64,000 nt of DNA from Mayamaea pseudoterrestris (lineage: Eukaryota): contig BROI01000006.1 in assembly GCA_027923505.1 (NCBI GenBank), forward strand, positions 186,001 through 250,000, written 5' to 3'. Shown here in pieces: positions 47,615 to 58,991 of this stretch. Under the pieces are notes generated by a model. It saw nothing but the letters and a program-made list of their open reading frames with translations, searched no databases and had not been told where the DNA came from. Numbering within the stretch: the first letter of the stretch is position 1; each line of letters begins with the position of its first letter. Position numbers and translations under genes: made by a program.

Positions 47615-49718
47615 TCATTTGCTGATTGCCGCCGCTTTTCTCTTGTTAAAAATGCGGCAATCGTCCCAATCTGGATCGTCTGAATCCTCCAATGAATCGC
47701 CCGAAGAAGCAGTAGCATTGTCTTGTTCCGACCGAGATCTATCTACAGATGAGCGACCCGAGTCATTGTTGTCACTTACAGCAGCCGCAGCGCTAAACTC
47801 GCCATTAAAGCCGACATTCATTGCGCTGTAATGCGTACCGTGAATGTTCATGTTATTGTGTATAAACACGGTTTCATCATGTTCGAATGCGGAATGCTCA
47901 TTCAGGTTCTGGCTACACGCATGAACATCTTCACGAGCTTGAGCGGACCTCCCTCCCGGCCTAACATAATCAGCACGCTGAGGGATCTGTGAGACTGGCT
48001 CTAAACCAAAAATGGTGTCTGGATCAAAATTGTGGAACGGGCCTGCCGAGCGAGCACTTGGCTGAGTTGAGTGCACGACAGGCGAGCCAAGCGGAGCAAG
48101 ATCCTCTCCCAAAAAGCGATGAAAGTCGTCGAATGACCGGCTCGTAAAGGGAGGAGAGTATTGTTGCGATTCTTCATCCCTAGCGCCGCCATTGCCATTT
48201 TGCAGTCTTTTTGGTCTCATTGCGAGCTTCACCTTGTCAAATCCGGCGAGGAAATCAGGGACTGGAGATAGCGTGTTTGTATTGACGTGTCTGGAATTTA
48301 CCATTGTCGCATTAGCTTGGGGACTAGCCGTCGATATCCAGACAGGCGATAGCGCGATGCCATGCCCGGACGCAGGCAACACTGGCGGAGGTACGGAGCG
48401 CGGTCTATATACATGCGTTCCGGGCACATTGACTGATGTCGGTATTGATGGGATGGCTTCCGGTTGCATTGCTTGAGCGGCCAATTGCTGATTGATCCCT
48501 TGCGGGCGCTGGACAGTGGTAGAAATTGCTTCTCTTGCCACAACTGGTTCCCCTGGTACAGCAATCTGTTGTTGCTGCTGCATTGCGTTGTAGAATGATC
48601 GTTGCAAAGCAGCGGTAAGCATAGTTGTAGATCCGACCGACGCCGGCGGGGGCATGAGTCTCGTCGCTTCATTCTCTGCGGTGGGTATATAGCCTTGCAC
48701 CAACGCCTGTGAACCAGCTGGTGTCATGTAAGCCATTGACATGGGAGTATGCGCATTTGCCGACACTTGTACAGGGACGAGTATGGTAGTCATTGGCATG
48801 GCAGCAAAATTGGAAGAATCACCATCAGAGTTAGCAGCAAGGATATCGCGAGGATCCTGGTTAAAATGAGAAAATGGGCATGCCATGAGCAGGAAGTCAG
48901 AAGCTGGCGACAAAAGCAAAATTATACAGAAGCATGGATCAACGTACCGGCAACATTTTCTCCGGAAAGACAGCTCTATAGAACAGAAGCTCCTTCTCAT
49001 TTGCTTTTCGTTCCAAAATCTTGATTTCTTCCGGACTCGGTGCAAGTACGCTCATGTTTAGCCTAATCCGGCAAATAAAGAGCATCTTTCCAATTCCCTT
49101 GCCGGCATACTTTTTGCTGATTCGCATTGGTGCGCAATGAAGCTTTCGACTGAGGTAGGAGCGAAGAGTGCTGCCATTTTCGCAGTCAAAGAGATATCCT
49201 TTTTCAAACAATTGTATCAAAATTTCGGCATATTCCTCCTCCTCTGGAATCCATTTACCACTGCGCTGCTTGCGGCCATGAAACAACGGATGCACTGCGA
49301 AACGGTTTGCCGTCGTTGCGACGCCACCATTAAGTTTTGCGAGCAATAGTCCTAGAGGATTTTGCGCGCAAACGGGAAGAATGGATGCTGATGATGGCAA
49401 AAACGGCATGGACCCGGCAGCGGCGGCCATTGGAAGAGTGCATGATGAAGTGGGTGCAGGTAATATCGGCCTTAGATGCTGCGTGGCAGGAGGCACAATC
49501 GTCAAACAAGGTCCGCGCGTTGGAGGCGCAATGCGCACGCTTGATTGACTCCCAGAATACGACGAGGCTGCAGTTTGTTCGTGATGAAAGTGATCTGTAG
49601 ATGGTGGGGCTGCTGGTGCTGGGCACGATGAACCCCCAGTGGAAAAGGGCTGCCTCAAGCTGCTTGCATTCGTTGAATCACTTTGCATGCTCTGATGCAA
49701 CTCTCTACCGGCATACAT
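47615..49718 (-). CDS. Stramenopile-type Myb-like putative transcription factor; intron 48857-48947
   Basis: RSGKWIPEEEEYAEILIQLF...GSTLRSYLSRKLHCAPMRISKKYAG. GTACGT...AACCAG joins MLP|DPRDIL in frame with the 47615 ORF. Confidence 0.75.
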
Positions 49719-50333
49719 TCAAATGAAGAGCCCAGCTTGCACAACCGAGGTTCCAATACCTCGGCTCTGTTGCTATCTCAAACGTATTGCACTTCGGGCA
49801 TAGAATCAGGTCCTGGGCGCAGGGGAAGAAGTGCTTTTGGGTCGTAGTTGGCCATCTGCCTATGACCTACGAAAGGCCAATCAGACTGCCCAATGAGGGA
49901 CACCTCGCATGGCAGCCGCTGGGGCATCTGGTCATGGTGATAGCCATGGCGTAACGAGCACCACACCGCTGCAAAAGTGACATGCGTTGATCATGAATAC
50001 GAAAGGGCTTATACCAAGTTGCAGCGAGGAAGCAAACATGACTCATTCACAGAGAAACATTGGTTGATTTTATTCTGAGTTGCACACTCTTTGTAAGATA
50101 GTAATTATCGCTGACATGCATAAATATTCGCAATTCGGACATTCTGGCGCACAGTTCATTGTATTGCCCAACCCTCTTTAGCTCTGACAACACAGACATC
50201 TCCCTTGCTTTAGCTCTTGTCCATGTACGTGCTATACAGAACGTGTATGCCACAATTCACTGAACACTACAATTTAACCAAATGCAGTTATGAACTCGTT
50301 TATATAATATGATAGAGATTTTCAAAAGGCTCA

Positions 50334-53180
50334 TCAGAACGGGGCGGCATCATCTCGCTCTTCGTCGATCAGGGACGAGTTGGATTCATCATTGTCTGCC
50401 TTGTTCATGAGAAACGCAAGTTTCCATTGCTTGCAGTCTACAATTCGAATGCCATTCCCGCTGACTGCAACCGCCAACATACTCTCGTCTTGGCTAAAGG
50501 CTAGGCTCGAGATTGTCCGAGAGAGGTCGCCGGAAAGAAGCGCATGAGCTCCCTCTTGGATTTCTGTCCAGAAAATGGTTTCAAACACCCGTAGATATCC
50601 TTCTCCGGCAATGGCGAACAGCCGCCCAGTCGCACTCCAAGCCAATGAACGCAAACCCGGTGGCACGCTGATTTGGTGGCATATAGTCCAGCCACCTTTG
50701 GCACTGTAAATGTGGACAGTCCCGTCAATGCTAGCCACTGCCAAAAACCGACCAGACGCGCCGAATGAAATGGAACAAACAGGAGATGCTTGCTGAAGCA
50801 CTCTAGGTGGCGTTGCGGTGTTCTCCAACATGTATTCGGACTCGTAGACGGCGACCGTTTCATCGAGGCGGCCCACGGCGAACGACTTGGAGGTCCAGTC
50901 GACCGAAGCAACACATGAGGTGCTGACGTCAATCTCGCCACAGACATTGTACGACTCCATTGGGTCGAGCAATACAAGCAATCCATTTTGGAGACCGACC
51001 AAGAGCCGTTCGTTGTGCTTGCTGAATGCGAGGGTTTGTATCTGCGAATCAAAGTCACATTGTGCAACAACTGTCCACGTTGGAACAGTTTCAAGCACAA
51101 AGACTCGTCCATCGGCTCCACCCATGGCAAGGTATCGACTTCCGTTGGAAAATGCAAGGCATGCCATTGACTTGGAAAACCGTAGCTCAGCGATGACTCT
51201 AAAATCAATCGTCGAGCGGGTCACGACAAGTCCATTGTCAAGACAGTAAGCAATGAAAGTAGATGGCCGACTCTTACTTCCACGCGAGAACGCAAGGGCA
51301 GAGACATTCAAGTCGCTCGTCTGACCATCATCCACGCGATCGCTCAGTTTTTGTTGCGGTATCTCATCGACATTGTGAAACGTCTTCTCCTTCGACGTCC
51401 AATCGCTTCTCTGGCTTATGAGCGAGCTTGAAGACAGCGATTGGTCATCTCCAGTGGCGGACGCACCGGCGTTTAGCTCAAGGCCCGCCTTGACGATAAC
51501 AACTCGCTCGTCGTCCCCTCCAATCGCCAGGTAGCGGCGCGGTGTTCCCGACGCGGAGATCCTCTGACCCCAAACAATGGAACGGATTGGTTTCGTGCGA
51601 TTAATGTCATACACCTTTGTGAAGTTCCTTGTTTCTGACAATGTGCACCGAGATTCGGCGCGACAGGCAACTATATAAGTGCCATTTGGTGACCAGCAAA
51701 TCGCATTAACTTTGCTAACCGGCCCTTCGGATTTGATTTCATTTTCTCCGTCGTCGTACTCGTGCCTGACGGAAAAGGTCACGCGGTCAACTATAGCAAC
51801 ATTAGTCGATGCAATGGCTAGATGAGCGCCAGTGATTGGACACCATTTGACATCAGTGACAGTGCCTGCTCGTCGAATTTCCCGCATCACGCTCCAAGAC
51901 GTTTGCGTGTCCACAACGGCGCAACACTTGTCACTGCCACCAATCGCCAAGTACCGAGAGTCTGGACTCCAGTCCAGCGTGAAAATTAAGCCATCGCGAG
52001 GAATTTCTACAGTGACGTCAGGCATGTGGGAGTTGAGAAAGTCATCTCGAAGGACAATGGCAACGACTCCGTCAAAGCAGCCGATCGCAAGGAAGGCCCC
52101 GTCGGGACTAAACTGCACGCAATACACGCGGTCGACGCGCTGAATCTCGCCATATAACTCGGCATCGATCAGCAAATCGTCGTTGTTTGTTCCATTAGAC
52201 GCATATAGCAGAGCGTACAAGGTGCATGAGCAGTCGTCGCCACCCATTGCGAGAAATGAGCCATCTGGCGAAAAGTCTAGTGACCGGACGCGACCACCTG
52301 CATGATGAATCGTCGCGGCTGTCCTTAGTCGGTGTTGACGCGATAACTGAGGCTGCGGCTGATTTTGTTGTTGCAAATCATCCAAATGTATGCTCGCATC
52401 ATCATTGGTTTCGTCATTATTGTCATCAACTTCTTCGCGTATGGTTGATGGCGTACTCACGGGGGAGTCCTCTATAAGCTCAAAGATCGTAACAACCCCA
52501 CTCTTAGTTCCAACCGCCATGTACAATGCTGGACAAGGATGATCTATCGTCGCAAGCCGTCGGCTCATGGCAATGCATACAACTGCATCTCCAAGCGTCG
52601 CCTCGGCCCACACCATTCCTTGCGACATTGTGGCTTCAAATTCATCATTCAACGTTTTCGCTGCAGCCGTACTATTACTACTGGAGGAATGCAATCGTTG
52701 CGATGGATGCGTTGGCGTATTGCTTGAAGACATGCTTGCATTGTCATCGCTTTCATAATTGGTCATTGATCTTGACAAGGCGGATTGAATGCTGCGCGCC
52801 TTTTCCAGTCGATGCTGCAAAGCCTTTCCATGGCGCGCTGGCGTAGATTGACGAAAGGGTTGCTGACTTGTTGGCGATGCTCGTTTTGGTGTATAGACAG
52901 GAGCAGCAAGTGGCGAAAGAACATTTGTCTGCTGTATGGGAACCGCCGTTCCATCACGTGCAGATGATGATGCAGTCAGAGGGCTGGGAGTCCAGGCAGC
53001 AGTAGGAGAATTACCAGGCAATAGACTTGATCCAGGAGACGACATTGGAAGCGTGGCATCATCTAAATCATTATGGAGGTCCATGTAGTCAGTCGTCGAT
53101 CGCTCCTTCCACAGCAAGTCGCCGGCGAATGTATCAGCCGTCGCTCTTCGTTGCGCGGTGGAAGAGTTGCAGTTTCCCAT
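50334..53180 (-). CDS. Multi-WD40 beta-propeller protein with N-terminal acylation motif
   Basis: Many repeats such as VRSLDFSPDGSFLAMGGDD and IFTLDWSPDSRYLAIGGSD; N-terminus MGNCNS. Confidence 0.9.
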   Translation of the reverse strand: MGNCNSSTAQRRATADTFAGDLLWKERSTTDYMDLHNDLDDATLPMSSPGSSLLPGNSPTAAWTPSPLTASSSARDGTAVPIQQTNVLSPLAAPVYTPKRASPTSQQPFRQSTPARHGKALQHRLEKARSIQSALSRSMTNYESDDNASMSSSNTPTHPSQRLHSSSSNSTAAAKTLNDEFEATMSQGMVWAEATLGDAVVCIAMSRRLATIDHPCPALYMAVGTKSGVVTIFELIEDSPVSTPSTIREEVDDNNDETNDDASIHLDDLQQQNQPQPQLSRQHRLRTAATIHHAGGRVRSLDFSPDGSFLAMGGDDCSCTLYALLYASNGTNNDDLLIDAELYGEIQRVDRVYCVQFSPDGAFLAIGCFDGVVAIVLRDDFLNSHMPDVTVEIPRDGLIFTLDWSPDSRYLAIGGSDKCCAVVDTQTSWSVMREIRRAGTVTDVKWCPITGAHLAIASTNVAIVDRVTFSVRHEYDDGENEIKSEGPVSKVNAICWSPNGTYIVACRAESRCTLSETRNFTKVYDINRTKPIRSIVWGQRISASGTPRRYLAIGGDDERVVIVKAGLELNAGASATGDDQSLSSSSLISQRSDWTSKEKTFHNVDEIPQQKLSDRVDDGQTSDLNVSALAFSRGSKSRPSTFIAYCLDNGLVVTRSTIDFRVIAELRFSKSMACLAFSNGSRYLAMGGADGRVFVLETVPTWTVVAQCDFDSQIQTLAFSKHNERLLVGLQNGLLVLLDPMESYNVCGEIDVSTSCVASVDWTSKSFAVGRLDETVAVYESEYMLENTATPPRVLQQASPVCSISFGASGRFLAVASIDGTVHIYSAKGGWTICHQISVPPGLRSLAWSATGRLFAIAGEGYLRVFETIFWTEIQEGAHALLSGDLSRTISSLAFSQDESMLAVAVSGNGIRIVDCKQWKLAFLMNKADNDESNSSLIDEERDDAAPF

Positions 53181-54319
53181 GCTATTACCAAAGTGTCAAT
53201 AGACGTAGGTCTCACAAGCACCTTGCGCGCGCGTATACGCAGTTCCGAGCATGCAGATGGTGAGGCGAGGGTATGGATGGAAGAAAGGGTCGTCTTCCGT
53301 CAAAAGCTCCATCGAAATTTGGACCGATTCAAAAGTGGAAACGGTTTCGCGCGAGCCAGCCGGTCTTTCCACGCTGCTAGAACTCGCCGACGTCACGCTG
53401 TTTTGCATGTGTGACTGAAAACATGCAGCGATTCACAATGACGCAAGCCGCAATCGCCGCAGAAAGCCAAGACATTGCAGTAGAGGTAGACTACCACATA
53501 GCAGACAATACAAATAAATGTTATCCGCATGATTTTCAATAGACGTTGCTCCAAAGCCAGGCGATCACATTGCGAGCATTCGAGCGAGTCGCGACGTGGG
53601 CCTTCGCAAACTTTTGGCGGCGGAACACGACTTTAACACACACAAGGTTCAGGAAGCAATTCATGTGGGCACAACCCAATCCATCCCTACTTGATGGTAG
53701 CTATCGAGAGATGTGTTTCGCAACTGTTTGCATGTCTGCAGGTAGCGGTAATCGACTCGCTCCCAGTAGTCATCCTCTTTGTGGCTTCTTCTCCCTACTC
53801 TAACAAGATAGCATAGTATAACTACTTCTTCATGCATTATCGTTTCCCATCGGCGGGAACTCTCACTCTTGCTTTATAGGGGCGCCAAGAGTTAAACCAA
53901 GAAGCTACCGTAGCTGGATCACACGAGAGCTCCAGCCGTTGCGACGCGCGCCAAGGAACCAATGACCGTCGTGCATACCTCCAGCGCGTAGAAATGATAC
54001 GACAGGCCACGTGAGGTTTGTCAATCGGAGGCGCTTCATCGTCAAACTTGCATGAACGACGAGAGGCTGTTTTGCATCTACATTGAGCATTCTCTCGACC
54101 TTGCACTCTCTTGGCATTGATTATAGGCAGATACATTCCTATAGTGAGACTGCTGTTGCCTCAACATCATCTATTAACTGGGAAATACTTCAATATACTC
54201 AAGGTCATTTTCGAACGATCGACCGACGCATCGCGAGACGAAGCCTGTTGTCACGATCGAAGGTAGACTCGACAAATTCATAGTTTCCTACTGCAAGCAC
54301 TTCTCCTCCGCTTGCAATT

Positions 54320-56338
54320 ATGGAGAATGAATCAACGAATGATAGGAGGAATGACAATCAGCATGCGAGTCACAATGGAGCTCATGGCAATCTGGAAGCT
54401 CTTTTAGCAGAGTCACCCTTCTTCCTATCGGAGACGTCTGCAGTTATAAACAATGGCGCTCCTCCTCTTGATGCACCACCTAATTTGATTCCAATATCTG
54501 CTTCTGATCCCATGGAAATATCTCAACTAAAGGATTCAATGGAAGCAGCAGCAGCTTCTGTCGACTTTGCCTCAATCAATGACTCGAACCAACCAGCAAA
54601 GGATCAGCTTCGCGCCATGTACCTTGCAGGCTTTCAAGCGGCTCGAGAGGCTCAAGCGGCACTAAGACAAAACTTTGAGATTGCCAAATCGGAGGATTCA
54701 AGTCCCTTACTGGAGGCCGCAGCGTCAGCTCCCGCTAGTAGTAGCAGTATGAGTGCCCGAACAATGCGAGAGTCGTCACCTCCACTGGTCATTCCACTCA
54801 CAGCGGGAGCAGCTGGTGTTGTCAACCTTGGAAAGGCAGCCAACTCTCCAGCTACGGCGGCACGCAAGTCATATGCGTCAAGGCTTTGTTCGTCGTTGAA
54901 CGAATCCGACTTTATTGCGAATCGGCGCGTGCCACGGACGGCGTCGCTGAGCAGCACCACCAACTACCGTGCTTCGAACGACGATGACGACGAAGGCAAT
55001 ACTCTATCACCAGCTCTATCCGCCACATCATCTCCTGGTGGCGCACGAGTATTAAAGGGAAGTGCCAGTCCGTTTCCACGCAAGCTCATGGACATGCTGG
55101 AGAAGGAAGACTCGACCATTATCAACTGGTTGCCGAGCGGCGACGCCTTTTGCGTGCAGGATGTCGACCGCTTCACCACGGAAGTGCTTCCACTATACTA
55201 CCGTCATACCAAGATTTCCAGTTTTCAACGTCAATGCAACCTTTACGGGTTCAAGCGCGTGGCGAAAGGTATGTCATTTTGTATTGTTGCGCCAGCAGAT
55301 GTTTACAACCGCAAAGCCACGCGTCTGATCTTCTTGTCGCTGTCGTTTTTCTTGCGCAGGACCGGATGCTGGCGCGTATCAACACGAAATGTTTCGTCGT
55401 GGCCGGCCTGACCTTTGTGCGCTTATGAAGCGGACCAAGCAAAAGGGCGCGTCGCCGATGCTGCGAGGGATTGGAGCAGCAGCAGGTGGTAGAAGCAGAT
55501 CCGATTCCGTGACATCATCGCCCTTGCTGACACCGGAACAAAGTCCTAGTATGTTTGCGTTGGATGGAAATGATGTATTGAGTAAAAGTGCACCTACAGT
55601 GTTGTCGTCGATTGGAAGGTATGTCATATGTTGAATTTACTTTTTGTATGCTGGAACTTGTCAACTTGCTTAAAAGGCGACGTCTGCATTGCCTAACTCT
55701 TTTCATTTTTCTCTGTATAAAGAGCCGCTCAATTTGAATCCCATGCTTCCATTGGTGCACGGCACTCTGACTTTCGTCGTGTTGAAAACTGCAGCGTCGC
55801 AAACCCCCTAGGCAATGAACGCCAGACGGGGCTTTCCGTCCTGATGAATGGGCCTGCCCATGCCGGTGGCAAACCCCAGTCGCTGATACGTTCCATGGCA
55901 CCCATGGAGTGCACCAACGCGGACGTGGATTTGGATGACCGAGACAGCCAAGCCAGGTCATTGGCGGCTGCTGGGATGGTGGCGGAACGGGCGCGACTAT
56001 CGCAACCCGCTGCCTTGCAACCTCCTCCCATGCTGGCGCCTTACCAAAACTTCCATCGCACTCCAACATCCAATGCAGTTGTCGAAAGCTTCAACTGGAA
56101 TAATGCGGATTTGAATGGCAGTGCCGACGGTACTAGTGGGGGAGTCGTTGGCAGCGACAACAACACGCAACAGGCGCTGGACGAAATGGATTTGGACTTT
56201 GCCACACTGTTCGACCCTGCAATGGAGCTTGCCAATATGCAACTGGGAGAGCTGAATGGATGGCCATCATCTGTGGATCCATCCTTGACGGTGTCACCAA
56301 CCCGCTTTAGCAATAATTCGGACGGAAAGATGGTTTGA
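54320..56338 (+). CDS. Heat-shock transcription factor (HSF DNA-binding domain); introns 55269-55359 and 55619-55722
   Basis: [10 protein letters not shown]...[11 protein letters not shown]...[42 protein letters not shown]. Both introns restore frame. Confidence 0.93.
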
Positions 56339-57002
56339 TGATTATGCAGACTATCATGTAGAAGTGTCCAAATTTAAATCGTTAATTTTAGTTATTCATA
56401 CGGTAAACCAGCATGTTGATATAGAATTTAACCATATAGTAAGCACGACAGTACGTTAGATCGATTGGATCGCTGGATTTATGCAACACCTGTAGCGTGG
56501 CAAACGCCAACAATACACACCGGGCAATGCCATCACTCCGTTGTTTCGAGTCAGATTTTGAGCTTTGCTGTCTAACAAGCAAATAATCTCTTTGCGGTTC
56601 CCTTATTCCTTGCGCAGACATAGAATGGTTTCTAAGAATGAAAGGCTCGCTTCATGGCGTCCCATTGGTTGCAGCAAGAGCTATCGCTGGAGTAACTTGG
56701 ACACGTGTATGAACAAGCTTTTCTCGAAGCGCATGTTATAACGCGAACCGCGAACACGACCGGAACGCTGTGCCTATTGAGTAGGAGTAAAGATGTATAG
56801 AGTGAGAGTCTGCGAAACGCGGCGATGATTCACAAAGAAGGCTAAAAACAACGCTTCATTCAAGCCGCAGAAATCTCCTCATTCCGATTAAAGTCAGACG
56901 GTAATTCCAAATAATGCACTAATCAGCAGCGTCTTCAACAGATTGCTCCGCATGCGATCATTTTGCAATCTTACCTTAAATGCAATTCATTCTTCTTTAT
57001 TG

Positions 57003-57824
57003 TCAAGCTTTGGTATCGCGAAATACAACCGAAAGACGACGATCGCGAGCCACCGCGTCTCCTTGAAACAATGATCCAGATGACAATAGCTCGTGAGAAT
57101 ATCGAAATCGACTTGGTCCAGACAGGCAGTAGAGGCTGCGAGGAGGCAGCAATAAATCAACGTGTCCATCCATTGACCCGCCCTGCCACTCGTCGAGCGC
57201 ATCACTCGATGGTCTGAGGCGCATAATGCAAGGTGAAAGCAGCGAAAGACCCGATACAGTCAGTCCCGAAAAGCGAACCGAGTCAACATGCGCATTCAGT
57301 TCTCCGTCGGAATGCAAGTCAATCACGTGAGGAGGCAGCCAGTGCACTTGCTCGACGAATGACAAATGATTGGCATGTAAAAGCGAACGAATTCTGTCAA
57401 ATACGGACACAATTTCAGGCGATAGCAATGAATCGTCAGACAATTCCAATTCCTTGTATTTGGCAATCACAGAATCCCAATGTCCCTTTTCATATCGGCG
57501 TCTGAAAAGATGATAAAGCTACGAGTAAGTTTGGTGAGAGCGTATGAGCAGCAGCGAGTGCACCTCAGATATCACGTCACGTCACCATCTCAAACGCACG
57601 TACCGTTTCAAGACTGTCGACAGCGTCGACACTAGCAAGGTCTCTTCCGCCTCGGAAATGACATTGGAGTAGACGACAGCTGAATCATCAAAGTCGGAGG
57701 GAGCGTCACTGTGATCCACCAGAAGTGTATTCGGCGCGGCGGCGCTGCAGAGTCGCTGACAGCTTCTACGAGAAATATTCCAAGATTGGTTTAAACTGGT
57801 TAGTATGCTCCTGGAGGCAAGCAT
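57003..57824 (-). CDS. ALKBH7: AlkB homolog 7-like Fe(II)/2-oxoglutarate dioxygenase, mitochondrial; intron 57502-57603
   Basis: RRRYEKGHWDSVIAKYKE, HVIDL...AHVDSVRFSG, LLPPRSLY...RFRYSHE, RDRRLSVVFR. Confidence 0.9.
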
Positions 57825-57966
57825 TGTTGCAGTACTGCTAGCCGCCAGACTTCACATCTTGAGTATCATCATGTTGAATGGCAAGACGTTGTAGTTGTTG
57901 GTTGTTGGTCAATCGAATGGTGTTGGCCAGAATGGTCAAACGCACGCGTCGCCAACTAGTCGCACC

Positions 57967-58455
57967 GGTTCACAATGAATACTACCCATCGAATGCGACC
58001 AGCCTGCCCCTTGGCTTTTATAAATCCAAAGGACGCTGTCACCTACCAATGAAGCTAATAAGCAATTGGGAGTAAGATCCAACTATAATGATGGTCAGTC
58101 AAAAACCATCTCTGACTTATTCACGGCATATGCCTGCAATGAGTGCGACTGAGAGAAGCAAAAATTGAGAAAGCGCATAGTTATTAGTGGCGTTCAGTCG
58201 CTAAAGAAACTGGTCTCCCAGCTTCTGTGACCCATTGGGCAGGGTTGGCTTGTAATCAAGATACACATCATTGATTGCAATAATTGGAAGGCCTAATGGT
58301 TCACTACAGCCTCGTGGAAGCATCCATCTTCTCGACAGCCTTGCTCCGAGATTGGACCATGGTCAAGCGCTTTGCGTTGGCTCAAACTTGGTGATAAAGT
58401 CCATCATGTGCTCGCGCTAAAGTGGTAGGCCTCGTTGATGCACGACATTCCTTAT
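57967..58455 (-). pseudogene. Decayed, internally deleted partial duplicate of the ABCF gene and its 3' flank
   Basis: 57967-58202 aligns to ~58802-59017 (3' flank + last codons); 58203-58455 aligns to ~59962-60260 (exon 3) with indels and frameshifts. Confidence 0.9.
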
Positions 58456-58991
58456 GCTTGCGCGACCGTTTCAGCTGTCGACAGTCGCCGAGACTTGCAA
58501 AGTTTTCCGCTTCGGTAGTGACGTTGGATGTAGCCCGTACATACTATCATTGAGAAAGACGGCAGAAGCGACACGATCCACCAAAGTATCTCGATGTGGT
58601 ACCCCTCTCGCCAAATGACGGCCACCAAACTGTAAGGAAAAGGAAGCAGCAAATGAGATGGTGTTTCAATTAGCAAGCATAAGGTGCTCCATCCTTTGTC
58701 TGCCTGTGACACAGCCCCGATGGCAGTCAAACCAAAGAGACTGCCACACACGCAAGGCTAAAGAAATGACTCACTCAACAACAAATAGTAACTGTCGCAC
58801 TGGTTCACAATCGATAATACCCATCGAATGCGACCAGCCTGCCCTGTGGCTTCAACTCCAAAGATCAGCTATCACCTACCAACAAAGCTCATAAGCTATT
58901 GGGAGTAAGAACCTGCTATAATAATGGTCAGGCAAAATCCATCTCTGACTTCGTATTGATGGCCTACGATGAGCAAAAATTGAGAAAGCGC

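Noticed and set aside
53196..54283. Small ORFs in the long WD40/HSF intergenic region
   Set aside because: Mostly non-ATG starts and no recognisable protein features; likely regulatory or UTR sequence.
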